64,000 bases of DNA from an uncultured virus (IMG/VR IMGVR_UViG_3300017761_002881). Lineage: Duplodnaviria > Heunggongvirae > Uroviricota > Caudoviricetes. This document shows positions 1 through 10,190 of the stretch, piece by piece. The notes beneath the pieces are model-generated. The model was given only the letters and a program-made list of their open reading frames with translations. It made no database searches and was not told the origin of the DNA. The position numbers and the translations under genes are program-made. Where the stretch lies: the IMG/VR virus record IMGVR_UViG_3300017761_002881. The stretch is one strand, 5' to 3'. Positions within the stretch are counted from its first letter, which is position 1. Each line of letters begins with the position of its first letter.

Positions 1-78
1 AGTGCATCCAACCTTCTTGCCACCGTCCTTTTTATAGACGCAATATTTACTACCTTGTTTCTTGTAAGTATATGGCAT
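1..78 (-). CDS. 5' part of a small basic hypothetical protein, truncated by the window edge
   Basis: ATG at 78 just after the stop of the 81..293 ORF; reads MPYTYKKQGSKYCVYKKDGGKKVGCT, open to position 1. Confidence 0.55.
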   Translation of the reverse strand, partial: MPYTYKKQGSKYCVYKKDGGKKVGCT

Positions 79-80
79 AA

Positions 81-293
81 TTAACTCTTTACTTTATCCA
101 AAGACAAGTAGTATAATCCAAAACATAATGCCGATAGGCCATAGAAAATGGCGTCGGTAGTCCAATAAGAATCTGTCCAATGCATTACTAGTGCAAATAG
201 AGCGTCGAACCCGAATGGATTGAAGAACATGCCGGCCATCAGTGCTATTGTTGACCACCATTTGCGATTTGTCTTTCCGCGTTTTACTATCAC
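81..293 (-). CDS. Small membrane protein
   Basis: Two hydrophobic segments (WWSTIALMAGMFFNPFGFDALFALVM; AIFYGLSALCFGLYYL); fits strand and packing. Confidence 0.6.
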   Translation of the reverse strand: MIVKRGKTNRKWWSTIALMAGMFFNPFGFDALFALVMHWTDSYWTTDAIFYGLSALCFGLYYLSLDKVKS

Positions 294-316
294 TGTCCAT
301 TAAGATATGATTTGGT

Positions 317-985
317 TTAACTTAACGCTGACATTAATCTGGATTGTGCAGCTTCATAACATACTAGTTTGAAGAATGCATTCACATAACGTTCACGTTC
401 ATTTTTATACTTTAGATAATAGGAATGTTCCCAAACATCTAAAGCAATCAATATTTCTCCAGGTATGCGTACCGTATCCATATATGGATTGTCTTGATTA
501 GCGGTAGTTGCAATAGACAGGATGCCGTTGTTATACATCAACCAAACCCATCCAGATCCAAAACGATCCATGGCAGCTTGTGTAAATGATTCTTGAAACT
601 TATCCATGGATTTGAATTGTGATTCAATCAATGTCTTAAGTTCACCGTCATTAATTTTACCCTTATGGTCCGGATTTAAACCGTTAAAAAATAAGCTGTG
701 ATTAAGAAAACCTCCGCCGTTATTGCGAACCGTGTCGCTGTATTGAGAGACTGTAGCAAGTATAGCTTTAATGCCGTCATTACCTTCTGTTGTGATAACT
801 GGAATGTTTTCATCTTTTATAGCTTTATTTAGTTTTTCGATATAACCCTTGTAATGCTTATTGTAGTGCGTACGCATTGTTTCCTCATCGAAATGTGGTT
901 CATACTCATTAAACTTACGTCCGAGTTTGACCGGTTCGAATTGAGGCTGGGCTGCTTCTGTTATGATATCACGTAAACGTATCAT
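317..985 (-). CDS. sodA: Fe/Mn superoxide dismutase (Mn-type signature) with a short phage-type N-terminal extension
   Basis: EPHFDEETMRTHYNKHYKGY, NNGGGFLNH, RFGSGWVWL, TANQDNP and DVWEHSYYL motifs. Confidence 0.93.
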   Translation of the reverse strand: MIRLRDIITEAAQPQFEPVKLGRKFNEYEPHFDEETMRTHYNKHYKGYIEKLNKAIKDENIPVITTEGNDGIKAILATVSQYSDTVRNNGGGFLNHSLFFNGLNPDHKGKINDGELKTLIESQFKSMDKFQESFTQAAMDRFGSGWVWLMYNNGILSIATTANQDNPYMDTVRIPGEILIALDVWEHSYYLKYKNERERYVNAFFKLVCYEAAQSRLMSALS

Positions 986-1887
986 GCTTCGTCTTCATCC
1001 TCATCATCTACAACTTCGCCGTAATCTTCGTCGTCATCATCTTCTTCCTCTTCATCATCCAATCCATCCATATTGGTTACTTCCCAATCATCCATCTCAT
1101 CGCTATCATCATCGTACATTTCTTCATCATCTAAATCGACAGCATCTACTGGAATCAATTGATCCATTGTCTTCATTAGAACATCGCCTGCTGAAAATGT
1201 ATCGCCGTCATTAGTCACGGTATACTTAACTACAGTGCCTACATCACCTGGTAGTCCAATCATCTTATCGACAGTACCCATTGAGCCGTAATGCATGCAA
1301 TCCGGATTAATGTTTTGAACCATGCCACCTACATTAATAGTATATGGCTCAGATAAATCAGTTACACTTTCAGTAACACCTGCTTCTGCAGCAGCTGCTT
1401 CTTGATCTGCAACTTTCAAAGTAAGTGCAGCTATATCTTGAGCTAACTTAGTCTTTTGTTTTCTAAGATCAGCTAACTTTTTCTTATCAGCTGAAATATC
1501 TTCGTTTAATTTACCAGACTTACGCTTGATATTTTTTTCGATGAGAGATTTAAGTTTCATTACACTTTCTTCTTTTTTAGGTTCTTCTTTTTTAGGCTCT
1601 TCCTTTTTAGGTTGCTCCGGAGCAGCTGCTGGTTTAGGGGCAATCGCCTTTTTATATGTCTCGAGATCTAGATGTTGTCCGGCTATTAACAAATGATCGA
1701 CCATACGGTAATCAAAGTTATGAACTTCGCCTGACTCATCAATACCAAATCCGTACATAGGATCTTCAATATCATCTGGATCAGTGATAGTCAAATATAC
1801 TCCATCAACATACACTTTAACCGGAACGCCTGTTAAAACAAAACTTCCGATGGTGATGTTATCAAAAAATTCAGGCATCTCCGCCAT
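982..1887 (-). CDS. Hypothetical protein with PKKEE repeats, coiled coil and very acidic C-terminus (possibly head-associated)
   Basis: 301-aa ORF; AAGGA RBS and TATTTATA motif upstream; D/E-rich tail. Confidence 0.75.
   Translation of the reverse strand: MAEMPEFFDNITIGSFVLTGVPVKVYVDGVYLTITDPDDIEDPMYGFGIDESGEVHNFDYRMVDHLLIAGQHLDLETYKKAIAPKPAAAPEQPKKEEPKKEEPKKEESVMKLKSLIEKNIKRKSGKLNEDISADKKKLADLRKQKTKLAQDIAALTLKVADQEAAAAEAGVTESVTDLSEPYTINVGGMVQNINPDCMHYGSMGTVDKMIGLPGDVGTVVKYTVTNDGDTFSAGDVLMKTMDQLIPVDAVDLDDEEMYDDDSDEMDDWEVTNMDGLDDEEEEDDDDEDYGEVVDDEDEDEA
1567..1611 (-). repeat. Three tandem 15-bp coding repeats encoding PKKEE
   Basis: ttcttcttttttagg x2 plus ctcttcctttttagg on the + strand. 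Confidence 0.85.
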
Positions 1888-1900
1888 GTGTATCCTTTTT

Positions 1901-1908
1901 TATAAATA
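1901..1908 (-). promoter_or_regulatory. TATTTATA putative late-promoter motif
   Basis: 13 nt upstream of the ATG at 1887; the motif recurs before many genes. Confidence 0.6.
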
Positions 1909-1914
1909 TACAAA

Positions 1915-2187
1915 TCATATGCTAACATGTTTAACTATACGTAACTGAAGGTCACCTGTGCCTTTGATTACCCGATGTATAACGTCTTTAGGAATATGTA
2001 TAATATCATTAAACGTAATAGGGAGTTCATTATCAAATTGAAACATCCAATCCGTTTCATGTTGTGCTTCAACGATACGATCTTCTGCATCGCGATGCCA
2101 TACCAATTCCATTTCATCTACATCATGTTTAAATGTACGGTAAGAAACTTGCCCTACAATCATTTCATTATACGGTTTCATTACCAA
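1915..2187 (-). CDS. Small cupin-like hypothetical protein
   Basis: LVWHRDAEDR...IHIPKDVIHRVIKG resembles the two cupin His motifs. Confidence 0.6.
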   Translation of the reverse strand: MVMKPYNEMIVGQVSYRTFKHDVDEMELVWHRDAEDRIVEAQHETDWMFQFDNELPITFNDIIHIPKDVIHRVIKGTGDLQLRIVKHVSI

Positions 2188-2735
2188 TACGTACTCATGT
2201 TAGAACCCATACCAAGACCTTTAGCATAACGTGGCAAATTACATGCCCAATATCCAGCCTTGGTACGATCTTTCTTTTTATCACATTGGTGACGTGCTGC
2301 AAACGCCTTACGAGCTTCTGGATTACGAATCTTAGCACTTAATCCAGTAGTATCACCAAATGAAATCTTTTTAACCTTTCCAGTTTTAGGATTTTTAACG
2401 TAAACATAATATTTACGACTTCCACCACGTTTAGGCTTATTGAGATCTACATCCTTACCCTGATACTCAGCTTCTGTCATTGGTAGATCTAATGGGACAC
2501 GTATGCCTTCATATAAACCAAATTCGCCAATATCTGTAGATAATACTTCGCGATCATATACATCCGTTTCTATTTTACCTTCTGACAATAAACGTTTAGC
2601 CTCTAACATTAGATTGCAATAGGCTTCCGAGCCGTAACGGAATACGTTGTCATGAATAGAAATGTTTTTGTCGATATGATATCGTAGCGCTTCTGATATC
2701 ATAGCTTCTGTAACGAGAGATTTTAACCGTATCAT
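2181..2735 (-). CDS. Conserved phage hypothetical protein with a basic C-terminal domain
   Basis: PKRGGSRKYYVYVKNPKTGKVKKISFGD...FAARHQC...KAGYWAC block; N-terminal MIRLKSLVTEA leader. Confidence 0.75.
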   Translation of the reverse strand: MIRLKSLVTEAMISEALRYHIDKNISIHDNVFRYGSEAYCNLMLEAKRLLSEGKIETDVYDREVLSTDIGEFGLYEGIRVPLDLPMTEAEYQGKDVDLNKPKRGGSRKYYVYVKNPKTGKVKKISFGDTTGLSAKIRNPEARKAFAARHQCDKKKDRTKAGYWACNLPRYAKGLGMGSNMSTYW

Positions 2736-2745
2736 TTGCTTTTAT

Positions 2746-2753
2746 TATAAATA
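2746..2753 (-). promoter_or_regulatory. TATTTATA putative late-promoter motif
   Basis: 10 nt upstream of the ATG at 2735. Confidence 0.6.
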
Positions 2754-2757
2754 TACG

Positions 2758-2895
2758 TCACTTCTTGTGCTTTGTTGTTTTGCGGTCTTGCTGAACTGTC
2801 TCATTCTGATCTGTAGGTTTCTTTTTTTTGATTTTTTGAAAACTTACCGAGTCATTGTCGAGGTCGTCAATTCGGCGAATGTCGATTTTACCCAT
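2758..2895 (-). CDS. 45-aa basic hypothetical protein (below ORF-track cutoff)
   Basis: ATG at 2895 immediately after the upstream stop; MGKIDIRRIDDLDNDSVSFQKIKKRK...HKK; fills the gap. Confidence 0.55.
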   Translation of the reverse strand: MGKIDIRRIDDLDNDSVSFQKIKKKKPTDQNETVQQDRKTTKHKK

Positions 2896-2896
2896 A

Positions 2897-3142
2897 CTAA
2901 TTTTGTCTGATTTTTAACTTTGCGATTGCATCTAAAAACTCTTCGATTAACATATATCCGCCACGATCATTCACTATAGTAAAATTCTTGATAGTATCAT
3001 GGTCTTCAACTATCGCCTTTTGTAAAATACGAAATCCGTCAGCGGCCCAAAAAACTCCAAACCCAGTGTCTTCACCTAACTGGTGATCATCACGTACTAG
3101 ATCGTTTATCGAAGATCCGGGATATAATATATAGTATCTCAT
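2897..3142 (-). CDS. Hypothetical protein
   Basis: 81-aa ORF; TATTTATA at 3147-3154 just upstream. Confidence 0.65.
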   Translation of the reverse strand: MRYYILYPGSSINDLVRDDHQLGEDTGFGVFWAADGFRILQKAIVEDHDTIKNFTIVNDRGGYMLIEEFLDAIAKLKIRQN

Positions 3143-3145
3143 TTG

Positions 3146-4054
3146 TTATAAATATGGCTTCAAAGATTTTTTATATTGATCTATAAATTTAGGTAAATCA
3201 CCTGTAGGCGCCCAACCGAATGTGTTACGTAATTTTGTATTATCAGCTAAAGTAACTTTAGGCTCTACACGACTTTGTAGAAATCTAGATTCAGAACCAA
3301 ACATTGCAATAACCTCATTCACTGAATAATTATGTCCATTTCCTACATTAAACACATCTCCCATCAATGATTGATCGAACTCAGCTGCTAATATATTAGC
3401 TGTAACGACATCCTGAACATAAGTAAAGTCTCTACGTTGATTACCGTCGTTAGTATATGTCAATGGCTGATCATTTTTATACTGTTCACCAAAAATACTA
3501 AGTACTGTACGATATGCTCCCTCTAACGGCATACCTTCTCCATATACATTGAAGTACCGTAGTGATACAGTATCTAATCCATATAATTGACTATATAATC
3601 TACAATATTGTTCCCCGATAAACTTCTGCAATCCGTACGGACTTAACGGATTAGTATTTGATGATTCAGGTGTAGGGAAAGTATTAGTGTCGCCATATGC
3701 ACTACTCGATGCTGAATAGATTACACGGTTGACGCCTGCTTTATGACATGCATGTAATACACGCAATGTACCTTCTACGTTAGTTTTATTATATGTTATA
3801 GGATCTTCAATTGAAGGCTGTACTCGGGCCATAGCCGCAGTTAAAAATACTGCATGAACGCCTTTAAGTACGTCTGTCAGATCATCTTGTGCAATATCTA
3901 ATTTATAAAAAATAGCTTTCGGATTAACATTTTCTAATTTACCAGTTGATAAATTATCAATGACAATAACTTGATGCCCCGAATCGATTAAACGATTTGT
4001 TATATGATGGCCGATGAAACCTGCGCCACCGATAACTGCATATATTTTTTTCAT
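3146..4054 (-). CDS. NAD-dependent epimerase/dehydratase (extended SDR, UDP-sugar 4-epimerase-like)
   Basis: GGAGFIG, SASSSAYG, YGLQK (YxxxK), LRYFNVYG, RDFTYV. Confidence 0.92.
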   Translation of the reverse strand: MKKIYAVIGGAGFIGHHITNRLIDSGHQVIVIDNLSTGKLENVNPKAIFYKLDIAQDDLTDVLKGVHAVFLTAAMARVQPSIEDPITYNKTNVEGTLRVLHACHKAGVNRVIYSASSSAYGDTNTFPTPESSNTNPLSPYGLQKFIGEQYCRLYSQLYGLDTVSLRYFNVYGEGMPLEGAYRTVLSIFGEQYKNDQPLTYTNDGNQRRDFTYVQDVVTANILAAEFDQSLMGDVFNVGNGHNYSVNEVIAMFGSESRFLQSRVEPKVTLADNTKLRNTFGWAPTGDLPKFIDQYKKSLKPYL

Positions 4055-5220
4055 TTTCTTACTTTAATTAAATTATGTTCATATGTCGTTAACTTATTGA
4101 TCTGAACGTTAAGATTGACTAATTCAAATTCACCACATTCATTAGTTTGCTGAATAATTGTAGCAAGTTCTTGTATAACATAAAAGTCTTCATTAGTAAA
4201 TTTAGAGCCGTCAATTGTAACTAAAATGTCATTAATCTTAGGGATTTGTATATCATGTATACGCATCAATAGATCAAACTTAGTATTAGGTTGTTCGTTC
4301 CATATATACTGATCTGGTATTATATCAATATATACATCATTACACCAGGGTTCTAGAACGTTTAACAATTGATCAGTACAGTTATGAATTATGAATCCAA
4401 TATCATACTTAGGTGGTATAATAGGTTTCATAAACTCGTCATGTTTAACAAAATGTCCCCATTTACGAATGAAATTTCGTGCATTCTTAGTTGTAGTATA
4501 CTGCCATTCAGCACTATCTTTACCGGCAGCTCCGCCGACATATGTATTAAATCTGCTACCACGACTAGTAAAGTGATATACTAATCCGTCCCATGACTGA
4601 ATTATGTTATAGCCATTTAACACAAACCGATTAAATAAATCTGAATCCTCTTTACTCTGCGGAGCGAATAGTTCATCATGGCCACCGACTGCTAAATAAT
4701 CTGATTTATACATACACCATGGTGCAAAGATACCTTCCGTAGTTTTATTTTTATTAGCAGTTTCTAATTCTAAAAATCTAGTAATACATTGGGCATAATT
4801 ATAATCTACCAGTTCGTTTCCCCATGGTAGCGTGATCTTCTCTGGACCAGCTGGATGCAATGGCGGCTCGATTCGAGTAGCACATACTACCGTACCAGGT
4901 GTCAGATGCTTAAGTATATTTTCATCTAGATGCGGAGCCGCTACCATATCTGCATGGAAGGCAAATATAATATCAGTCTTTGCCATAGCAATACCTTTAT
5001 CAAACATACCAACAATTCCAATTCGATCCGGACCTGGATTATGATATAAAATTACATCCTCATCCTGCAATGATTGAATCCATTCTTTAGTGCCATCTAC
5101 AGATGCATCATCTAATATCAATATCTCATGTCTTGTCGTTAAATCTCTAATAGATTTATATGCAAGTTTAAGAAATTCTAAATTATTTCTTGATGGAAGT
5201 ACGAAAGTTATTCTGATCAT
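4051..5220 (-). CDS. Glycosyltransferase, GT-A fold (family 2)
   Basis: TFVLPSRNN, ILDDASVDGT, HADM (DxD-like), GGHDELF, EDSD. Confidence 0.88.
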   Translation of the reverse strand: MIRITFVLPSRNNLEFLKLAYKSIRDLTTRHEILILDDASVDGTKEWIQSLQDEDVILYHNPGPDRIGIVGMFDKGIAMAKTDIIFAFHADMVAAPHLDENILKHLTPGTVVCATRIEPPLHPAGPEKITLPWGNELVDYNYAQCITRFLELETANKNKTTEGIFAPWCMYKSDYLAVGGHDELFAPQSKEDSDLFNRFVLNGYNIIQSWDGLVYHFTSRGSRFNTYVGGAAGKDSAEWQYTTTKNARNFIRKWGHFVKHDEFMKPIIPPKYDIGFIIHNCTDQLLNVLEPWCNDVYIDIIPDQYIWNEQPNTKFDLLMRIHDIQIPKINDILVTIDGSKFTNEDFYVIQELATIIQQTNECGEFELVNLNVQINKLTTYEHNLIKVRK

Positions 5221-5223
5221 AAA

Positions 5224-5916
5224 TTAATTCTGGTTACCTCTAGCACATTCGTATAAGTATTCGCTATCTTGATATGTATTAGATAAATATGTAATACGAT
5301 CCGGACCGAAAACGCGCGTTATTTTATAACCTAATAAAGTTTGTTGAGCGTTACCAATAGCACCTATATGATATTTTCCATTTTCGTCAGGTTTAGGTTC
5401 TTGCCAAGCTACCTCGAAGTCATAAATTTCTTTTAAATATTTACGTGTTGTACAGATAAAACTTTCACGCAACGTTAATGTATACTGTATTTTATCAAAC
5501 AAATGCTTAGATGATTCCTTAACATATGCCATACAATTTAATTCACTATACGGATTAAAGTTTAATGGATAGTTAATTCCATTACCAATAAAAGCATATC
5601 CTTGCAATAAACGTTCTAAACAAATATTTAAAAAATTCCAATCCTTTATAATGATATCATCATGCATTAAAAATAATATTACATCATCATCTAAATTTAA
5701 ATAATCTAAAGCTTGTTGATATGCCCCATCTTCCAATCCTAAATTAGGAAAAACTTTATATTGGAAATGATCTTTAATTCTTTGGGAAGGTTCTTTATGG
5801 CAGCTCCAAAATATATCAATGATACCTGCATTGTTATTTTGTAATTCAATTAATCCATTAATGAGTTCAGGAAATGCTTCAAAATGCCATCCTACTATAA
5901 TAAATTGTATTTTCAT
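5224..5916 (-). CDS. GT-A fold glycosyltransferase-like protein
   Basis: NLGLEDGAY and LFLMHDDIII motifs; cluster context. Confidence 0.65.
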   Translation of the reverse strand: MKIQFIIVGWHFEAFPELINGLIELQNNNAGIIDIFWSCHKEPSQRIKDHFQYKVFPNLGLEDGAYQQALDYLNLDDDVILFLMHDDIIIKDWNFLNICLERLLQGYAFIGNGINYPLNFNPYSELNCMAYVKESSKHLFDKIQYTLTLRESFICTTRKYLKEIYDFEVAWQEPKPDENGKYHIGAIGNAQQTLLGYKITRVFGPDRITYLSNTYQDSEYLYECARGNQN

Positions 5917-6605
5917 AAATTAACTTCAGGTACAGGGTTAAGTTCTAAATTTTCTAGTTTTTGAATAAAAATAATAGCATCATATATATGAATACCATAC
6001 ACACTTTTGTCCAAATAACATTCTTGCTCGGTATTAAGATATTCTTTAGCACGTCTATGTTTTTTATGATAATATGCATGTAAATGATCTATTAATTTTT
6101 TTACATACTCAATGAATGTATCTGGTTTTCCTAATCCGCCTCCGAAAGCTGGCCAATATGATGTATGTACATCTTCTATAACATACATTCCTCCGTTTTT
6201 TAATTTAGGCCATAACATTTTAAACGTATTAATTTGTTGATCCATCGTATGCCCACCATCATCGATAATGATATCAAATGGGCCATGTTCATTGTCAATT
6301 TTATTGAGCAACTCTGAATCTGTTTGATCTCCTAGGTATAGTTTAACTCCATTATACGGATCATTATTACCGTATTGCATACTATTAGGATCAATATCTA
6401 ATCCTACTATAGTAGCTTGTTCGAAATAATTTCTCCAACCCCAAAGACTTCCACCCCAACGTACTCCAATTTCTAATAAAGATATTTTTTCATCACGTAG
6501 ATGATCGAAATGACTCTCATATACATCATAATAGTTAATAGGTTTTTTGTCTGTAGCACCGTGTAGTTTTTTAACTACACATTCTCTTAATGATAAATTT
6601 CTCAT
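5913..6605 (-). CDS. Class I SAM-dependent methyltransferase (sugar O-methyltransferase-like)
   Basis: LLEIGVRWGGS, VGLDIDP, GDQTD, FDIIIDDGGH, GGMYVIED. Confidence 0.88.
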   Translation of the reverse strand: MRNLSLRECVVKKLHGATDKKPINYYDVYESHFDHLRDEKISLLEIGVRWGGSLWGWRNYFEQATIVGLDIDPNSMQYGNNDPYNGVKLYLGDQTDSELLNKIDNEHGPFDIIIDDGGHTMDQQINTFKMLWPKLKNGGMYVIEDVHTSYWPAFGGGLGKPDTFIEYVKKLIDHLHAYYHKKHRRAKEYLNTEQECYLDKSVYGIHIYDAIIFIQKLENLELNPVPEVNL

Positions 6606-7123
6606 TGATATGTAAAGTTTATATATATATTGTTTAGTGTATCGTATTCCGATTTTAACAGTGACATTACTACTGAATTAATCCATTTCCCTTTTTTTAA
6701 GAATTCTTCTCTTTTTATTCCCTCTTCTACGAATCCTAACTTAGTATATAAATTAATCGCTCGTTCGTTTGTCTGTAAAACTTCTAAACTTAACTTATTT
6801 ACATTATATGTATTAAATACATAGGGTATAAACTTTTTATAAGCTTCTTTAGCGATACCCTTACCCGTATGCTCGGGAGCTATATCAGCCCCTATATAAA
6901 TGTACTTATTTTTTTTAGAGTAGTTAGATAATCTAAAATACCCTACAACAGTATTATCTAAAATAATCATCCAAAAATTAGGGTCAGCAGTTCGAAACCA
7001 ATACTTAGTTTCTTCTAAAGTAAATATACGACTATCATGTAGATACGTTTCTGCATAACCATTTCTAACTCTATTAACAAATTCTAAATGACTATCATTT
7101 ATTTTTTCAAATGAAATATTCAT
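6602..7123 (-). CDS. GNAT N-acetyltransferase (RimJ/PseH-like)
   Basis: HTGKGIA acetyl-CoA motif; NERAINLYTKLGFVEEG. Confidence 0.88.
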   Translation of the reverse strand: MNISFEKINDSHLEFVNRVRNGYAETYLHDSRIFTLEETKYWFRTADPNFWMIILDNTVVGYFRLSNYSKKNKYIYIGADIAPEHTGKGIAKEAYKKFIPYVFNTYNVNKLSLEVLQTNERAINLYTKLGFVEEGIKREEFLKKGKWINSVVMSLLKSEYDTLNNIYINFTYQ

Positions 7124-7138
7124 CGTAATATATTATTG

Positions 7139-8323
7139 TTACCATCCCTTTTTTATACAATCGACAATATATTGTCGTTCTTCTTCAGATACCCACCAAC
7201 CGACAGGTATTGAAATAATCTTACCTATAGTACGATCTAACGATGGTAACTTTGAGATGTATTCACGCGTACATGTATGTTTATCATTTCGTTCATGAAC
7301 TTGAGATACTACAATGCCACATTCTTTCATCCATTTCATGAAATTATCACGATCCTCAACTAACATACTATAAATCCAAAATGCCGATTCATGGCCATTA
7401 TGACGTTGTAATATCGTCGCCCCAGGTACATTTTTTAATGCATTATCGTAGAATTTAGCATTAGATTGATGTGAACTAATTATATGTTGAGCATGTTTTA
7501 AATTTTCGTTACCTACTGAAGCACATACGTCGTTCATATGGAATTTAAACCCCCATTCAGATATATCAGCCTCACAACGAAAATCTTTACGATTGGAATC
7601 TCGATCGATACCATACCATCTTAGCAATTTTGCACGCTTATATAGTTCATCATGTGGTAGCATTAATATGCCGCCATCGATACTAGTAACATGCTTAATA
7701 GCTTGTAACGAATACATAGCTATATTACCATGAGACCCTAAATGTTTACCTTTATACTTAGATCCAAATCCGTGAGCACAATCTTCAATGACAGCCGGTT
7801 TAAATCCGTATAACAATTTAGCATTTTCTTGAATTCGTTGTATTCTGTCTAGATCATTAGGATAACCTCCCCAATGTACTAACATGATAGCTTTTGTTTT
7901 AGGACTAATTTTTCTTTCTAGATCATCTAAATCCATATTCAATGTTGTAGGATCAATATCTACCCATTTAATTTTAAGATTATTAGCTAGAATGGGCCAA
8001 TTCGATGCTGTACAAGTTAATGCTGTAGCTAATACCTCATCTCCGTCCTGAAGACCGGGCCATGTCTCTTCCCAAAATGCGGATGAATTATAATTTTTTA
8101 TAAATGTACCTGGACGTTTAAGTAAGTGTAATGCTAAATGCAGCCCCGATGTACCTGAATTTAATGTTACTAGTTTATCGTTTCGAAAAAACTCTGTTAG
8201 ATTTTTTTCGAACTTTTCTACAATCGGGCCTTGTCCTATAAACCCGCTATTGAGTACATCCGCTGCTGCTATCGAAGCTTCGGAACTCATGTATACTTTA
8301 AATAATGGAATTTCTTTTTTCAT
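7139..8323 (-). CDS. DegT/DnrJ/EryC1/StrS PLP-dependent sugar aminotransferase
   Basis: NSGTSGLHLAL, VHWGGYP, IEDCAHGFG, SLQAIKHVTSIDGG (PLP lysine). Confidence 0.93.
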   Translation of the reverse strand: MKKEIPLFKVYMSSEASIAAADVLNSGFIGQGPIVEKFEKNLTEFFRNDKLVTLNSGTSGLHLALHLLKRPGTFIKNYNSSAFWEETWPGLQDGDEVLATALTCTASNWPILANNLKIKWVDIDPTTLNMDLDDLERKISPKTKAIMLVHWGGYPNDLDRIQRIQENAKLLYGFKPAVIEDCAHGFGSKYKGKHLGSHGNIAMYSLQAIKHVTSIDGGILMLPHDELYKRAKLLRWYGIDRDSNRKDFRCEADISEWGFKFHMNDVCASVGNENLKHAQHIISSHQSNAKFYDNALKNVPGATILQRHNGHESAFWIYSMLVEDRDNFMKWMKECGIVVSQVHERNDKHTCTREYISKLPSLDRTIGKIISIPVGWWVSEEERQYIVDCIKKGW

Positions 8324-9225
8324 AACTTAACTTTTTTTAGAAACTGAGATTCTGTAAACTCTGTTAAATATAACTCCTTACATTTACTGCTACAATATAA
8401 ATAAAATTCTTTATCATTCCTAAGTTTTAATGCGATTTGTTTAGCAGTATACATGTCGCCTAATTCAACAGTTAAATCCGGATGGCATTTTTCTTGCGTA
8501 TCTAATCCTTGATATCCGATACATGGAATTCCTAGATAAGCACAATTAAGTGCGAAGGTTCCCGCTGCATGCGTTCTCATCAAATGTACACCATACTTAA
8601 ATTTATTGAGAGCATGTATCCATTTTTTCCAATTCAAATATGGTAAATGTGTAATAAGCTGTTCTTCGCCATACTGTTTTCTTCCCATCGACGGCGCATA
8701 TACTAGACCATTGTCTAGTTCCTGTGCAATAATAAAAGAATCAAAGCCTCCATACCATGATACAAAATTTCCCCCTATAATAACCCCATCACGATCCTCT
8801 TGTTTTAATTCACCGATCGATTCGTCAATCATTAAGGATGGCATCACTCGTACATCCGGATGACCCGTTAACCCTAAATAATATTTACGATCTGATTCAT
8901 TATGGGTAAAAATAATATCAGCTGCAACTAGTGTATTATAATACCAAACCTGTTGCTCTAATGTATAATCTTGCCATAACCAATTCGGACCTTCTTGCAT
9001 TACTGCAACTTTTTTACATGATACTTTTAAACGTTCAATATCAAAACTAGGATTTTTTTTAGGTATAATTACTATACCTAAATCATAACTTTCTACCGGG
9101 GTATCATTTATATTATAATGGTCTGCTCGCAACGCACACATCCAGGCAAATTCTGTTCTCATATTATCATGAGTCTTAGGAATCTTACCGTAAAACCCCA
9201 TTTCTGTAAAAAATGCTATTTTCAT
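8320..9225 (-). CDS. Glycosyltransferase-like protein (GT-B type)
   Basis: Start MKIAFFTE overlaps the upstream stop; AAGTFALNCAYLGIPCIG resembles the GT-B C-terminal motif. Confidence 0.6.
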   Translation of the reverse strand: MKIAFFTEMGFYGKIPKTHDNMRTEFAWMCALRADHYNINDTPVESYDLGIVIIPKKNPSFDIERLKVSCKKVAVMQEGPNWLWQDYTLEQQVWYYNTLVAADIIFTHNESDRKYYLGLTGHPDVRVMPSLMIDESIGELKQEDRDGVIIGGNFVSWYGGFDSFIIAQELDNGLVYAPSMGRKQYGEEQLITHLPYLNWKKWIHALNKFKYGVHLMRTHAAGTFALNCAYLGIPCIGYQGLDTQEKCHPDLTVELGDMYTAKQIALKLRNDKEFYLYCSSKCKELYLTEFTESQFLKKVKL

Positions 9226-10184
9226 AAATCTTTCCACGACTTAAATTTATAGGACGGATTAAATAAATTTGCTAGATTAGTACTACTAAAATCGAATGCT
9301 TTTTTATACCAGTCATGTTGTTTACGTAATAACCCTGTGTTAGTAGGATCTAATCCACGCTCCCCTAATACTTTAAATCGTTTATTATAATGTTTTCTAT
9401 TATGTACCAGTAATATATTTCGTATCACATACTGTGGTATGTTTCCTAATATTTTTTGAGTCATGTACATAAATGCCGAATCTTCATGTACGAAAAACAT
9501 TCCTTTAGGGATATTAACTCCAGATTTAATTACTTCGGAAGAAATGACTAATCCACATCCGTTAAATTTATGCTGTGGTAATATAATCACCTCAGGATAT
9601 TCAGTTTTACTATTTATATCATCCATTTCTTTTTCTGACATGGTATATCTTAAACTCCACCAATTTGATGTATCACCTTCGATAAATGGCTTATCTGTAA
9701 AATCCGGATGTTCGAGCATTTTCCAACTATCGTCCCACATTTTACATCCCCCAAAAAATGCTAAATATTTAGTATAAGAAGATTGTTGATGTAATGCGTC
9801 TAAAATTACAAACATTTGTTTAGGAGCTAACATATCAGATTCGCCCCATATTAGAACATCTGCCAATTCACTGTACATGTCATTGAATTCTCTCCTATAA
9901 TCTGCGATAGAATATATTTTATCGTGATGACATGTCCAATTAATTGTATATCCTTCATCATCTAAAGAAGTAATATATCTCATCAATGTCGATAATAACT
10001 TTTCAAACTCATCTTCTGAGCCATCAAACCGTTCTAATAATTGACCTTGTACTATAGCAAAATCAATTAATACATTTTCTTTATCATAGTTATCAATCGC
10101 AGACTTAATAGAAGATATGTACTCCTCGATAATATTAACTTCATACCATTGTACGAGGCATCCAATTGCAAATTTTGTAGACAT
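9222..10184 (-). CDS. Hypothetical protein, probable GT-A glycosyltransferase
   Basis: WGESDML (DxD-like) and HEDS motifs; cluster context. Confidence 0.55.
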   Translation of the reverse strand: MSTKFAIGCLVQWYEVNIIEEYISSIKSAIDNYDKENVLIDFAIVQGQLLERFDGSEDEFEKLLSTLMRYITSLDDEGYTINWTCHHDKIYSIADYRREFNDMYSELADVLIWGESDMLAPKQMFVILDALHQQSSYTKYLAFFGGCKMWDDSWKMLEHPDFTDKPFIEGDTSNWWSLRYTMSEKEMDDINSKTEYPEVIILPQHKFNGCGLVISSEVIKSGVNIPKGMFFVHEDSAFMYMTQKILGNIPQYVIRNILLVHNRKHYNKRFKVLGERGLDPTNTGLLRKQHDWYKKAFDFSSTNLANLFNPSYKFKSWKDL

Positions 10185-10190
10185 ATTTTA

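Noticed and set aside
94..300. Alternative minus-strand ORF overlapping 81..293, and similar nested ORFs 21767..21955 and 59640..59828
   Set aside because: Out-of-frame overlaps of better-supported genes with no protein-like features.
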